From Amphiscolops sp. MND2022 (Eukaryota): DNA of 64,000 bases. The position numbers and the translations under genes were made by a program. The DNA lies in the NCBI GenBank assembly GCA_964187785.1, contig OZ076418.1, positions 58,528,001 through 58,592,000 of the forward strand. Direction: 5' to 3'. Shown one piece after another: positions 37,900 through 51,799 of the stretch. Below the pieces are notes generated by a model. It did no database searches, had not been told where the DNA came from, and worked only from the letters and a program-made list of their open reading frames with translations. Each line of letters begins with the position of its first letter. The first letter of the stretch is position 1.

Positions 37900-39826
37900 A
37901 CGTGTAGTCCTTTGCTCTCTTAGCTAATCCGATGCTTCTCATTTACATTTTAGCTCAATTATTTGTTCATTCATTTATTCGCGCAAAGGGCTCATAAAAT
38001 TATATCTTTCAAAGGTTTACAGGAAGATTACTTCTAAAATGAAACTTAAATGAGATTGTTAGTAATTGTCAGCAACTCTAATTCTAAAGTGTTTAAATCG
38101 GTAATGTTATTGGGTTTAAGAGATCATATAACTTTCAAGATTATAAAAATGCTTGAGGACATACATCATACATCATGACATCACACCAATCTGAAGTTTG
38201 AAAGAAGTTCCTCAAACAAAACCTGTAGTAGAAACTCTTATCATTTCAAACTCTGAAACAAAAAACTTCTGAAACACCAGTTCAGAAGTTTTTTTGTTTC
38301 AGAGTTAAAATGACAAGAGTTTGTACTAAAGGTTTTGTTTTAGGGTGTCATGTACTTGATCTAAAGATTATGTTTGAGGTGTCTACAGTACTTGAGGAGT
38401 AAGAAGATTATTTGACGGTTTTAACTTCTATGTCATTTGACCGTTCACAATGGTGCAACGTTTCGGCAGTTTGAAATTTAGACTGGCAGTTTTGTTCAAG
38501 TTATTGATTGACAACTCTGGCTATTTGAACTTCTTCTGAAAGTCTACTCTAGTGTCTAGTCATCGGCCTTCAAAAAATGTTCTTCAACATGAGTTTTCAA
38601 AAGTGAACCCATATTGGCGGATTGTGAAGAAAGTGTGAAGAAGTCAGAAATATTCAAAGGTCTCATTCGAGATCTATTTCATTTTCAAACAAAGTAAGGA
38701 TAGTCGGCTGATAAATGTTTTTACTTTCCAAACTTTTTAGTAAACGGTGTTCAAAAAGGAGAGAATTTTGTTCTACAAAACCGAAAGACAGTCAAAAAGG
38801 TATTACAGTAAATAAGAAGTAAAACATGAAGGATTTTTGTACTAAGCACCAAATAAAATATATATTGATAGAAATAATGGTCAAAATAGTTACAAGATCA
38901 CAAGATTAAATAAGATTGTTGAATACACAATGAGCACTAATTATTGATACAAGTACGGATAATCATAAGATTATACGATTACACGAGTACAATAAGCTTA
39001 TAGTGACGATTATATGATTAAGAATTGTCAAGATTAAATGGTTATAGTTAAATTATAGTCAAACGTTTGAAGCATTGAGGAGTTGGCAGTTGACAAGAGA
39101 GTTCTGCAAGGTGATGGTGTCGAGAAACAGCGACGAACGTGACTACGATGCGAAGACATCTGGTTGTGCCAAAGAAGAGCGGTGGTGAGCTGAGGTCGTG
39201 AAGAGAAGTCCAGTGGAGTAGAGTTATCTTAGGTCATCAGTGGAGGTCAAGATGATGCAGCAAAGAAGTTGTCAACAGGGCAAAGAAGTGACGAATGCGG
39301 CAATGAAGTGGCAAAGAAAGTGAAGATAGTGAAAAGTACAATTGGAGCCATAAAAGGTCAGTACAGCGGATGTTGTTGAGGAGGATGAGTTTGATGTATA
39401 GTTGGATCATACTGCTCCAATTTTTGATGATCTCCAAAGTCAGGCATCACTTAATTAATTGCTTGTTAGGCTTCTTCTAGGGCAGCGTGGAAGAAGTGAT
39501 CTTTCTTGGTGAAAGTTTCTTGGTGAGAGTCGATAATAAAAACAGCATTCGATGTTTCAAAGATTGCAATGTTAGGTTGGTCCATATGTAATCGGTGTAT
39601 TGCTCAAACTTTATTTACTTTTTCTGGATTTTGCAAACGTTATATAAAACTTTGTGCCGTTGTGAAAGTTGGCGGCTTTCAAATTTTGAGCTGTGGTAGT
39701 AGATGAAAACATTTTAGGTGCATGGGGAGCCATTGCCTGGTTGATGCGAGAATGGAACTAACGAAGACAGAGGCAAGTCTTGGTAGAAAGGCGGGGCAGC
39801 AAGCCAAAGAGGGTCAAAGACGGTAG
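37900..39826 (-). mobile_element. Duplicated 3' fragment of a family A element
   Basis: Accessory ORF at 39358-39700 (KVLYNVCK..IKFEQ..RLHMDQPNIAIFET...LEQYDPTIHQTHPPQQHPLY*) plus 3' UTR. Confidence 0.7.
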
Positions 39827-42318
39827 ACATGAAAGGAACTCTACACTTCACTTGGGAATGTTTGGGGACTAAATCTTCAAGGACTCTGCCAAATCCACAA
39901 CAGGACGAGCTCGATACTCTGCCTCCTGACTCTCTTGGAGCTCCATTGGCTCACACAAACACGGGCAACCCCATATGAACGCGATAGGTTACGTCGCGAT
40001 ACCAGTGTCCATCAGAAGTGCCGTATGAATTCCCCAGAACCGTGTGCCTCCAAAGCCACATCACTTTACCGAAAAAAAAGGTCCCCAAACCATGCTTAGG
40101 TCCAGCAACAAACGAGGGAAACTCGGGATGCAATCCCAGCATTCTTCTGTGAAAAACATTACGACTGCTGTACTTCCGGGTCCTTCTCTTCCCTAAGCGA
40201 TCGTCCACCTTCCGAGCTAACTCGCTGAATTCTATAACAACGAAAGTAACACTTACAAAACGGCAGAACAACGGATCATCCAAAACTAACTTCAACAGAA
40301 AAATATAACGAAAAAAAGTTAAAATTAACAACTCACCACTCTGAATTGTCCGCGAATTGCGGGTATCACATTCCTCCACTATATACCGGCTCCACTCTAA
40401 TAGATAACCTGGACTCATCGTCATCGTCATCAACCCGATACCTTTGGAATCGAAACCAGCAGACAAACCATAATCAAAGCCCAAAGGTGGCTCGGGTGGG
40501 ATCACCTTTTGTTTTTTTTCGGGGGAGTTTTAAAATGCACCACCATCTTTCGACCAGCCATTGATGGCGAAGCTAAAACATAGAAGCAGCCGTATAGCTC
40601 ACGAAGAAAGATTCCACAGAAAAACTCCTACATACAAATACACCATGAGGAAAAGAAATATAGCCTTCCACCCCAAAAAATAGTGACGTACTGACCTGTT
40701 TTTTGATCGGGTGCATCAGTCTCACCTCCTTAGCACTCGCTATCAGAAGTGGGAATAGCTTGAGACTCAGTGATCTTTTGAGATACATCAGCTCTAACAA
40801 CAATGTCAACACCACCCGGAACGTCTTCGGGAGTATCAACCTCAACCTCCACAATCTGAGACAGCACAGAAACCAAATCATCATTTACAGAACAACTATC
40901 TGTGGGAGGCAAGCTTGAAGAAATGACCAAAAGAGGGACCAACTCCAGGAACTGCGGAATGAATGTCAGGTTGAGTTACTGAAAATCAAGATCTGGTTTG
41001 ACGCGTCAGAGTTACGGGTAGGTCTATAAAGACTGAACTGCAAAAATAAATAGTCCAACTACCGATGGAAAGCAGAAAGATTTTACCAACCCAGGGCAGA
41101 AGGAACAGCCTCCGCGTCCGAGAGAACATCGTCACCGTAATAATCGAAGTTGGTCTCATGCCCAGTGAAGGAGCCCGCACGAGGAACGGTAGAGGATTAT
41201 CCAGTCCGTTCGTCATCCATAAGAGAACGAAATCTTCAAAAGCAATCTAAAAAGAAAGAGAACAATCAGAGAAATAAAAGGACAACAACGAGAATACCCC
41301 ATAAAATAAAAACTGGAGAAAATCCAGTAGAGCCTAATTGCGATCAGAGAAAGGAAATTACATTATTCATTTTTCACTTAGTCCTAAAAAGTCATTGATG
41401 GAAGACATATCGCTCTCAGGACTTCCAAAGTGAATCAAATTAGGTGGAAACTCTAAAAAGTAAAAAAAGCCAACTTCTAATTTATGACGTCATACGGAAC
41501 ACTCTCAGAAAGAAATTGATGGCGCCATGATGAAGTTTAGAAGTTGCCCTTCTCGGTTCAGCAAATCACAGCGCAGATGGAAGCAAAACGCTTTCCAAAG
41601 ATAAGACGGACCGGAACGAAGGAAGTAAGACAACCAATAGAATTACAGGAAAATCACGAACAGAAGAAAGTTGATCTCTTCATTTGCCGTACAATAAACG
41701 TAAAAAGCAGTTCGATTAAAACAACGTCATCAAAACTTCAAACAAGAATCAACAGAAGCAGAATGGACAATTATGCCCTAGCTATTGATATCTTCTCGAC
41801 GAAGAGAATAATAGATACAGCACTCCAATCAAAACGCTACCTGTAAATATGGTGGGGAGGGTCAACCTCAGTGATTCCTCCGTAGAAGTGTAGCGAGGTA
41901 GCGAGGCAGACCTCGAATCGACACAAGAACCTGTTTCTACGTTCGACTCAGACCAGGAAGGGGCCTTCATCGTCGAAAACCGGGAAGTGATTCTGATGAA
42001 TATTTTGAATAGCCGGATTCGTCCCGGGAAATGCCTGAGCTGACTCGTGCCCCTGTACTTAAAGACATCACGAACACGAAAAAGCAAGAATACCCCCTGC
42101 CAAAATCGAAAAACTGAACGACCTAAGCGAACGTTCTATCGATGAAATTGATGAGACCCACGGACTTCAACGGGACGACCAATACTACTGCACAGCTGAG
42201 CGTGGAAATTCGTTTACATCAGCAAATATTCAGAGAGCACATGAACAGCCCGTACGTGTCATTCGAGAAATCCCTCACTGCTCTGGTGGAGTACCTGCTT
42301 TCAGAGCCAGAGGTGCCC

Positions 42319-44083
42319 TGCCACGACCCGCTCTCGGTCGGTGTTCTACATGCCAAGAAGGAATACATAAAATCGCCTCTGGACTTGGTCATGGAGTCTT
42401 CAAAACGTAAAAACAACTTACCTTGATCTCTTAAACTGTAGCACGACAAAATATTAAGGTTAAAAGGTTCTGAATGTCGGAAACGAAATGCTAAATACTT
42501 TCTTAACATTAGGATCTTTTATCTTCGCCACCCAAAAATGAAACATCAAAAATGACATTCAACTTCGCAATCCTAACAGAATCCATACGATCTAAAACGA
42601 AACGAACATAGAAAGTAATATTGGAGTAAAAAAAATAAAGTAAAGTAATCTATTCAACTGACGTCACTAAGAATGACTTATTGCTCCGCTCTAGCTCCGC
42701 AGCTAGCAAGCTTCCTATACCTAATCTTAATACGTAGGGAGCATTTACGGAGCATTTACGGAGTGAATAGTAAAATGACGAGGCTATACCCAAACGTAAT
42801 ACGTAGGGAGCATTTACGGAGCGTTTACGGAGTGAATTGTAAAATGATGAAAATGAAATCTATTCAAAATGAAATGGAATAATTAAAATCTTTTCAAATA
42901 AAGGTCACACCATACCGACTATTTCACGTCTCATTTGAAATAATTTAAATAGTCATGCTGCTGGTTAAGACAAGGGAATGTTTAAACAAGCGCATCGTGA
43001 TTGTATTTAAAAGATGCACCTTTTACCTTCGGAAAAGGTATTTTGTATCTTGTTATTTTATTACGTTGTGATAATTGTTGAGAAAGTTGATCTAGTCAGT
43101 ATGATATTGAGCATGTAAAGTTGATTCAGAATAGAACTGTATTATGATACATGCAAATTCAGTTGCAATTAGTATTGATCGTCTTCCAGCATCGGCTGTT
43201 CTTTTCCACGGCTCAATTATTCTTGTACATTAATCTAAAATCATCCGTAATATCTCCGCAGCTGTCTTTCTGCTTGTCATTCTTTTGCCGCGAAAAAGTG
43301 CTTTTCACTAGTCTTGAGCTGAAGCATTGTTCACTCCGGCGTGTTTTCTTTGATAGAAACTCAACAATACATTTATTTTGCCGCCTTTTCCGCGATCAAC
43401 CCGGAAATGAAATTGTTGAACAAAACTGATTTCAACAAGTGCTCCGTAAGGGAGACATTACTAGGAATTTCAAACAATGAACAATCAATTGAAGGGCTGA
43501 AATAATAGAGATGATTATTTTCAGTGAACAAAACCGATTTTAGGGATTTCTAGGATTTTTTAGGTGAGGAACAAATGATGCTGAGAAGGTATATATACCA
43601 CAACGTTTAAAATGAAGCAATCAATAATCTTTCTGTCACGATAATACTCCGCCTGTGAAAACTAAATTTTTCTTTGAAGAATTCTAAATTTCCAAAGAAC
43701 TCTCTTTCTCTCTTCTCAGAATGACTACTAGAAGCCAGAAAAGCAAAGCTGTAGAAAAACTAGTCTCTACCGAGAAAATAGATAACCCGTAGTGGAAACG
43801 AACACGTCTCCTAAAGTACAAACTGAAAATCTTGAGGAAATGAAATCCGCTCTCAGAAAAGAGATACTGTCTGATTTGACATAAATCTTAGCCAAAAACC
43901 AAAAAGAAGTGTTGAAACTAATTGCCCCATTGATTAAAAACAAACTGCATTAACTGTCCCGAGACAAACGAGACTGATTCTGAATACGAAAACGTCCCAC
44001 GACAGCAACTTCAACACCTATCAAAACTGAAACTACTGCGACTACACATAAAATTCTCTACACTCCGGTGAAAAGTCGTAACA
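42319..44083 (+). repeat. Family B LTR copy (1765 bp, internal deletion near 42500)
   Basis: Same termini as 35790-37667. Confidence 0.85.
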
Positions 44084-46999
44084 GGACGACAAACGGACCA
44101 CCAGTCGTTTGAAACTGCGAAACTACAAAATTTTTTATTCATAATTTTTTACATGTTGCATTTGATGGTCGATTGATGGAAATGTATACTAAATGTCGTG
44201 CAAACAAGTAAAATTCGCTGAAAATGGAATAGCTTCTGCACAATGCATAAATAAAACTAAACTAGCAAGGTGAAAGAAAACGCGTTCATACTGTCTACCG
44301 CACTAGTCAGATTGGACGTGTAGTCCTTTGCTCTTTTAGCTAATCCGATGCTTCTCATTTACATATTAGCTCAAACATTTGTTCATTCATTTATTTGCGC
44401 AAAGGGCTCATAAAATTATATCTCTTTCAAAGGTTTACAGGAAGATTACTTCTATAATCAAACTTTAATGAGATTGTTAGTAATTGTCAGCAACTTTAAT
44501 TCTAAAGTGTTTAAATCTGTAATGTTATTGGGTTTAAGAGATCATATAACTTTCAAGATTATAAAACTACTTGAGGACATACATCATGACATCACACCAA
44601 TCTGAAGTTTGAAAGAAATCCCTCAAACAAAACCTGTAGTAGAAACTCTTAACATTTCAAACTCTGAAACAAAAAAACTTCTGAAACACCAGTTCAGAAG
44701 ATTTTTTGTTTCAGAGTTAAAATGACAAGAGTTTGTACTAGAGGTTTTGTTTTAGGGTGTCATGTACTTGATCTAAAGATTATGTTTGAGGTGTCTACAG
44801 TACTTGAGGAGTAAGAACATTATTTGACGGTTTTAACTTCTATGTCATTTGACCGTTCACAATGGTGCAACATTTCGGCAGTTTGAAATTTAGACTGGCA
44901 GTTTTGTTCAAGTTATTGATTGACAAATCTGGCTATTTGAACTTCTTCTGAAAGTCTACTCTAGTGTCTAGTCATCGGCCTTGAAAAAATGTTCTTCAAC
45001 ATGAGTTTTCGAAAGTGAACCCATATTGGCGGATTGTGAAGAAAGTGTGAAGAAGTCAAAAAGATTCAAAGGTCTCATTCGAGATCTATTTCATTTTCAA
45101 ACAAAGTAAGGATAGTCGGCTGATAAATGTTTTTACTTTCCAAACTTTTTAGTAAACGGTGTTCAAAAAGGAGAGAATTTTGTTCTAAAAAACCGAAAGA
45201 CAGTCAAAAAGGTATTACAGTAAATAAGAAGTAAAACATGAATGACTTTTGTACTAAGCACCAAATAAAATATATATTGATAGAAATAATGGTCAAAATA
45301 GTTACAAGATCACAAGATTAAATAAGATTGTTGAATACACAATGAGCACTAATCATTGATACAAGTACGGATAATTATAAGATTATACGATTACACGAGT
45401 ACAATAAGCTTATAGTGACGATTACATGATTAGGAATGGTCAAGATTAAATGGTTATAGTTAAATTATAGTCAAACGTTTGAAGCATTGAGGAGTTGGCA
45501 GTTGACAAGAGAGTTCTGCAAAGTGATGGTGTCGAGACACAGCGACGAACGTGACTACGATGCGAAGACATCTGGTTGTGCCAAAGAAGAGCTGTGGTGA
45601 GCTCAGGTCGTGATGAGAAGTCCAGTGGAGTAGAGTTATCTTAGGTCATCAGTGGAGGTCAGGATGATGAAGCAAAGAAGTTGTCAACAGGGCAAAGAAG
45701 TGACGAATGCGGCAATGAAGTGGCAAAGAAAGTGAAGATATTGAAGAGTAAAATTGGAGCCCTAAAAGGTCAGTACAGCGGATGTTGTTGAGGAGGATGA
45801 GTTTGATGTATAGTTGGATCATACTGCTCCAATTTTTGATGATTTCCAAAGTCAGGCATCACTGAATTAATTGCTTGTTAGGCTTCTTCTAGGGCAGCGT
45901 GGAAGAAGTGATCTTTCTTGGTGAAAGTTTCTTGGTGAGAGTCGATAATAAAAACAGCATTCGATGTTTCAAAGATTGCAATGTTAGGTTGGTCCATATG
46001 TAATCGGTGTATTGCTCAAACTTTATTTACTTTTTCTGGATTTTGCAAACGTTATATAAAACTTTGTGCCGTTGTGAAAGTTGGCGGCTTTCAAATTTTG
46101 AGCTGTGGTAGTAGATGAAAACATTTTAGGTGCGTGGGGAGCCATTGCCTGGTTGATGCGAGAATTGAACTAACGAAGACAGAGGCAAGTCTTGGTAGAA
46201 AGTCGGGGCAGCAAGCCAAAAAGGGTCAAAGACGGTAGCTGAAGAGAAGAACTTTCTAAAACAAAAGAAGTCTGAATAGTGGATTTTTCGATGGCACTTT
46301 TGATTTGTACTATAAACGTTCAAGTGCTAAAAGTCCTTCATGACAGTGTTCCAATGTTTTTATGTTCAATCATTTATTTTAAAGTTCTAAAGACTTCTTT
46401 GGTGTTCAAAAGATAAAGAATGATCAATTGTGCCAAAAAGATAAGAAAAGATTATGTGAACTATACGTGAGAAACAGTTTTGAAATGTTACCTGCATTAC
46501 AGTGGAGTGTTGTTCCAAAAATCAATAACAGTTTGTATTACCTGTGTAGTTGTAACAATATTTTTGAGAAGAACAAAGATTATGCCCTGATTCTATGGCC
46601 GATTGAATTGCCTGCGAAGATTGAGAGCTTCGTTGTCAATCCAAATCAACATTTTGTCTAAAACGTACTAGAACGAGATCGATGGCGTTCAATATTGGTA
46701 TATTTAGGTTCTATATATTGATGAGATTTGACCATTAATGAAATGACCTTTGCTGATATAAAAAGGGGTTCATTACATGAATAGGATTGTTTAGTAGGTG
46801 GCGCAAAATTTGAAGTTTCTTTGTCGTCAAGAGGCGAAGGAACAAGATGACAAGATATTTGAAAACTGCGAGCGAATTGGTTTGACTTCTTGTGTAAGAA
46901 TGTTGCAGGGCAAGGGCAATAATAATATGTCTAAATGTATCAAACACTCTTGAGGTACAATAAGTGGGCGAGATGTATCATTATCAGGAATTAGACAGA

Positions 47000-47860
47000 A
47001 ATATTGTTTTCTGGGATCATAGTTTCTGAGATATCCGAGTGATCAATTGTATATAGATTGGTCATAGGGAAAGGGTTAGTGTACAAGTGAAGTACACTTG
47101 CCAGTAGCAAAATGGAGTCTTGTGGCTTTTTGTATTGAAGGAACTTCGTATATGTTTGACGATAAGTGGTTTTTTGTGCAACTGAGAGGAATGACGGATC
47201 ACTTTTATCCGTTTTCAAGTCAACTATTGACAGGCGAAGAAAATTGAATTTCAGAGAGAAAATTTTAACACCTTCGTCAAGCCAATATTGGTATGGTGAC
47301 ATTATTTGAGATGCAACAGAGGTGAAAAGTCTTGATTTTTGTCATTACGTTTGAAGGTAAAGTCTGTGGGATGCATGTAAAACAAAGTAAATTGCGATTT
47401 GAAGATGAACCACTCTTGAGAGAGGGTTGGTATCAAGTGATCATCTCATAGTAATTTTGGGGTGATCACGTGTATATTGATCTGTCATTGTGATAGGAGA
47501 AGTGAATTTGTAATTTGCCAAAATGTAGTTCTGTTGTTTTTTGTACTGAAGATATTTTGCATCTGGTTGATGATGGGTAGCTTTTTGTGAGATAGAAGGA
47601 AAGGAAGGGTCAGTTTCATCTGTTTCCAAATTGTATAAAGACGGGCGAAGCAAGTTATGTGTAATGAGAAAAATTTTACACCTTTTTCAAGTCAATGTTG
47701 GTAAGGAGGCATGGTTTCTGAAACAATCGAGGTGAAGAAATATTGATATTTAACATTCAGTTTGAAGGTGTAGTCAGCAGGATGCATATATAAAGAAATT
47801 AGTTGTGATTTGAATGTGAAGTGGTCGTGCGAAAGAAGTGGTATTAAATAGTTAAAAAGA
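47000..47860 (-). pseudogene. Two tandem copies of a ~130-aa module of unknown family
   Basis: LIP.LS...F.FKSQ....YMHP.D.TFK.N...LR.S...L.TD..DPSF.S..QK.T..Q...K.LQYKK. Confidence 0.55.
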
Positions 47861-48789
47861 TATATCCATTCGTAGAGAGTGAATGTTTCGAAGGTAGAAT
47901 AGGTTTTTATACAGGTGAAGAAAAAAACGCAGAATAGTTTCTTTTTTCGTACTTCTTTTTTGGCGGTAGTGGTGTTTCACGAGAATCATCATTATCTATT
48001 TCAGGAAGTGTACGTTTTTTCGGAGAGATAGTGTTTTGTTCCATTTGTTCGGAACTTGTAGTAGGTTCGTCTTGGTCCATTGTTTCAAGGAAAAGAACCG
48101 CGGAATCGTTAAACAAATAATGATTTATAAGATCAGTAGTAGTCTGTCCAAGACATGTCTGCAAGTCAATTTGTGCTTGAGGCATTTTTGAAGACTTAAG
48201 ATGAAATTACAGTAACGGGTGGCTTTGTCTGGAGTTTTGGGTGGATTTGCAAGTACACGAACTTTAATAGTAGGATCTACATATTGTCATTTCCAATAAT
48301 GGTGTGACTTCATGTGGAGAAAAGAGCTCAATTTTGGAAAGTGATTTTATTTGGAAAGATGAAGTTGTTTCGAAGTGGAGGTAGCTGGGTGATTTAAGTT
48401 GGAGTTTTAAAGAACATTGTTTAGTTGTTTATAGGAGATAGTGAAAAGTCAGTATGACTTGGTTTAAGAAGATGGCGGAGTTAAAGAGTAACTTGTTTTG
48501 GAATATATTCTAACAGGGTTTTATTTCATTTTTGTTAGGGGTGTTATTCGGAGGATACTCATTGGATTTAGTTTTGAAGTTGAATTATGAGCTACTGTAG
48601 AATTTGGTAGTGATGACGTAGTGCTACTGATGTCGTCCTTATTATTGGGTTTATTAAAAGATCTTTTTCGTTTAGGAAAGAGTTGAATTCGTGTCATAGT
48701 TGGAATTCGTTTTGTATAAAAATGTGGCGTTGAAATAATTCCAGATGGTTTAGTAGAGATATTTGTTAAATGATCTGAATTATCAGAAG

Positions 48790-50146
48790 ATTCATCTTAT
48801 GGCTGTTAATAATTGTTGACAGAGGAACTTTTTGTGAATTTTTAACGGTGGTAGTGGTTTTTTGGTATGATCATCACTTAGGTCATTGACTAATTCGTAT
48901 GTGAAAATGTTGAAAAATCCACGTGCAAGAGAGCTAAGGAAATTAATAGTTTGATTAGGATTAGGTTTTTTTAGAAATTTGTTCAAAAAATTTTACATTT
49001 AGTGTGAAAACGGTTTGTATGAAAAGTAATGTTGAGAAATAAATTCCACTTTTTCGAAGGATCTAACATGGGTAATAAAATAAAAGCATCAGAGACCGAT
49101 GCAGGAGTAAAAAGTGGAGTTAGATTAGGGAGATTATCATGTAGTCCATTACGTAAAGTACTGTAAGGATTATGATTGTCAATTGGGGGAGAAAGCATCA
49201 AAATTTGTAGTATCAGAGTGTTTTGAAAAGAGAATCCAGTTCCAAGGATGGTAAAGTAAGGCATTAGCATATGTACCAGCATCTTGGGCTGTCAAAGTAA
49301 TGGGGCGTATTGTATTTTTGATTCGAGTTGGTTTGAACATAAATGGTGGTTTAAGTTTAACTGATTCAGGTCTAAGAATGAAAAAAACTTGGTCATCAGA
49401 ATCAGGATCAAGTTCAATAATATTTCGTGGGTTGTTATCAGATGTTTTTGGAGTAGTATAGTCATAAGTTCGTCTTGTAATAGGATCGACCTACATGAGA
49501 TTATCCTTGAAGTGGATAGGTGTACGATCGAATCTTAAAGAAATACGGCAATTTGTGGATTTTGTACTGACGTTGCAAGTATTGTAAGGAGTTGATATCG
49601 TTCTGATTCGCATACTGTAATAAGAGTATTCAATTCATGTACTGTCATGAAGCGAAAAACATGATTAATTGCAAAATCCTAATTTGTATTAAAATGAGTA
49701 TCGTAGTATATTGTCTACTGTAGCAAAGTTGTTTGAATCGTTGAGTGCTGAAAATACATTTTAATTTTTGTGAGGATCTAAAACTTCTAAAAGTCGTGGT
49801 AACCTGAATCGGGATCAATTGTGTTGCATAAAGTGGTTATGGTTCAATACAAAAAGTTTGAGCATGTGGAAATACTTCAAAACGTGAAAGACTGGGGTTA
49901 TGTGGGTTTTGTGTATGTGGAGCATGGACATATGGGAAACGAGTTCCTTTAATGCCATATCTTGTATCAGGTTTATTTGGTATTGAAGACTGTACAAAAG
50001 AATCAGCTTCAATCCAAAATCAGTCTGCAATTTTTGTCATTCGTCCAATAAAGTCTTGTAATGGAAAGATGAGACAAATGTCATCACTAAACCAAACTAA
50101 GGTATAACGAGTTTCAGTGGTTGGTCTACAGAAACCATCAGCGAAT
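48790..50146 (-). pseudogene. env: env-like glycoprotein, class III fusion (herpes gB / chuvirus G-like), C-terminal half
   Basis: DGFCRPTTETRYTLVWFSDDIC; ELNTLITVCESERYQLLTILATSVQNPQIA; FDRTPIHF..VDPITRRTYDY; C-terminal region ending ARGFFNIFTYELVND. Confidence 0.65.
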
Positions 50147-50346
50147 NNNNNNNNNNNNNNNNNNNNNNNNNNNNNNNNNNNNNNNNNNNNNNNNNNNNNN
50201 NNNNNNNNNNNNNNNNNNNNNNNNNNNNNNNNNNNNNNNNNNNNNNNNNNNNNNNNNNNNNNNNNNNNNNNNNNNNNNNNNNNNNNNNNNNNNNNNNNNN
50301 NNNNNNNNNNNNNNNNNNNNNNNNNNNNNNNNNNNNNNNNNNNNNN
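50147..50346. other. Assembly gap (200 N)
   Basis: N run. Confidence 1.
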
Positions 50347-50990
50347 TGTTGTGCCGCATCGGAGAAGGTGCCGATGAGGTGGTTGTTGTTGATGTAGTCG
50401 TCAGAGATGAGGGCATTGATCTTTCGCAAGTCGACTAAAAGGCGCAGCTTTTGGTTGGGTTTTCTTTGCGCGAAGAGGGGGCTGGCATATTTGGAAAATG
50501 GGAGTGTAGCCTAAGCCGGATTGGTGTGTTTCCCCTCTGTATAATATGTTTGAGCTTTAGGTTGCATCTCTGCATTTCATCTGTTAGAGCTAGTGTGATT
50601 TGTATTTGCGGGAAGTCGATTGTTCCTTGTGTAGTATCGAGATTTGCGGAATGTTTCCGAAGGAACGCCAGGCCAACAATTGGTTAGGATGTATTGGTCA
50701 TTATGATGAAAGTTTCTTCAAACGTGTAATTTCAGATTTTAAACTTCATCGTGTATGTCGCATGGGCTTTTGCGAGTTCTGTGTTGGCGTTCCTTATTTT
50801 GAAAGATGGTGGTGGGGCTTTTCCGACTATGGATGCGCTGGATTCTTTTTGTATTTTGTCAGCATCTTACAGTTATCCCTTTCGCTGATGATATTTATGT
50901 AGGCCCCTGAATCAACTAGTGCTTCAAATCTTATTTTTTCGGAGTCAAGTGGAATAAAAAGCATTCGTCTTTTCTTTTTGAGAGTAATGG
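50347..50990 (-). pseudogene. pol: Protease and RT N-terminus (family B)
   Basis: FEALVDSGAYIN at ~50.9 kb; VDLRKINALISDDYINNNH...SDAAQ. Confidence 0.88.
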
Positions 50991-51799
50991 CTGACATTAA
51001 CGGAATGTAGTCGTCTTCTTCATCGTGTTGTATGAATTATTTGATGACATTGAGGTCATAAGGTAGCTGCTGTGGGTATTTCGTTACGTCTTCGTTGTCA
51101 TGATGAGTTGTACGGGTTGGTAGTTCGGTCGCTGTTTGTGGTGGTGGAGGGTAGGTGGTGTCAGTAGTGTTGTCAGCTTTTTTGGTGTATCATAGCGTCT
51201 TGTCCTCTAGGCGGCAAATTATGTCATCCGCGTTAATTGTGGTGGACGCGGTTGCTACGGGTGTTGGTTGTGGGGACTTCGGTTTTTTTCAAGATTTGCG
51301 AAGGCGGTTGTGGGAATTCCATGGTTTCCTCGTCAGTTTTTGGTGGGTTTTCGACATGGATTTTGAAAGATGATGAATTTGTGTCGTACATTTCCAGTTC
51401 TTCTCAAGGGTCAGAGCGGTAGTACATGTAATAGACGTACATTCGGTGGTCCGTTTTAGTTTCTGGTAGGTGGCGTTTTAGAGTGGCGTAGTTGCCTTGT
51501 GATTCCGTTATCCATTCGGGTAGTGGTTTGGGGTGGTCTGGGTGTCTGGCGTTGTTACGTAGGATCATGCCGACTTTCCATTGTTGTTTCCAATCTTGAG
51601 TCGGATCTTCATTGCAATCATTGATTGCGTCTTCTTCATAGCAATTTGGGGGATCTTCTATTGTGTACGCCGTCGCGTCTACCGTTTCCCCGAAGCGGAG
51701 GCGCGGCGTTCTAAGTTTTTTGGCTGGATCTCGACGGTGGGGATCGGTTGTTCGCTAATCTGCCTTGTAGGTATAGTGAACTCGTGAAGACTTTTTCCG

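Larger units (their letters stand above)
33303..46238. repeat. Tandem duplication, ~6.5 and ~6.4 kb units
   Basis: CATGAAAGGAACTCTACAC at 33303 and 39828; CAAAGACGGTAG ends at 39826 and 46238; units differ by substitutions and indels. Confidence 0.95.
44300..50146 (-). mobile_element. 3' half of a family A element: env, repeat-module ORF, accessory ORF (45770-46110), 3' UTR
   Basis: Collinear peptide homology with 19.1-26.6 kb (e.g. FISAKVIS.MVKS, QSSQA.QS..E); cut by the assembly gap. Confidence 0.8.

Noticed and set aside
50097-50438. ORFs spanning the N run
   Set aside because: Artefacts of the assembly gap; the two sides belong to different elements.
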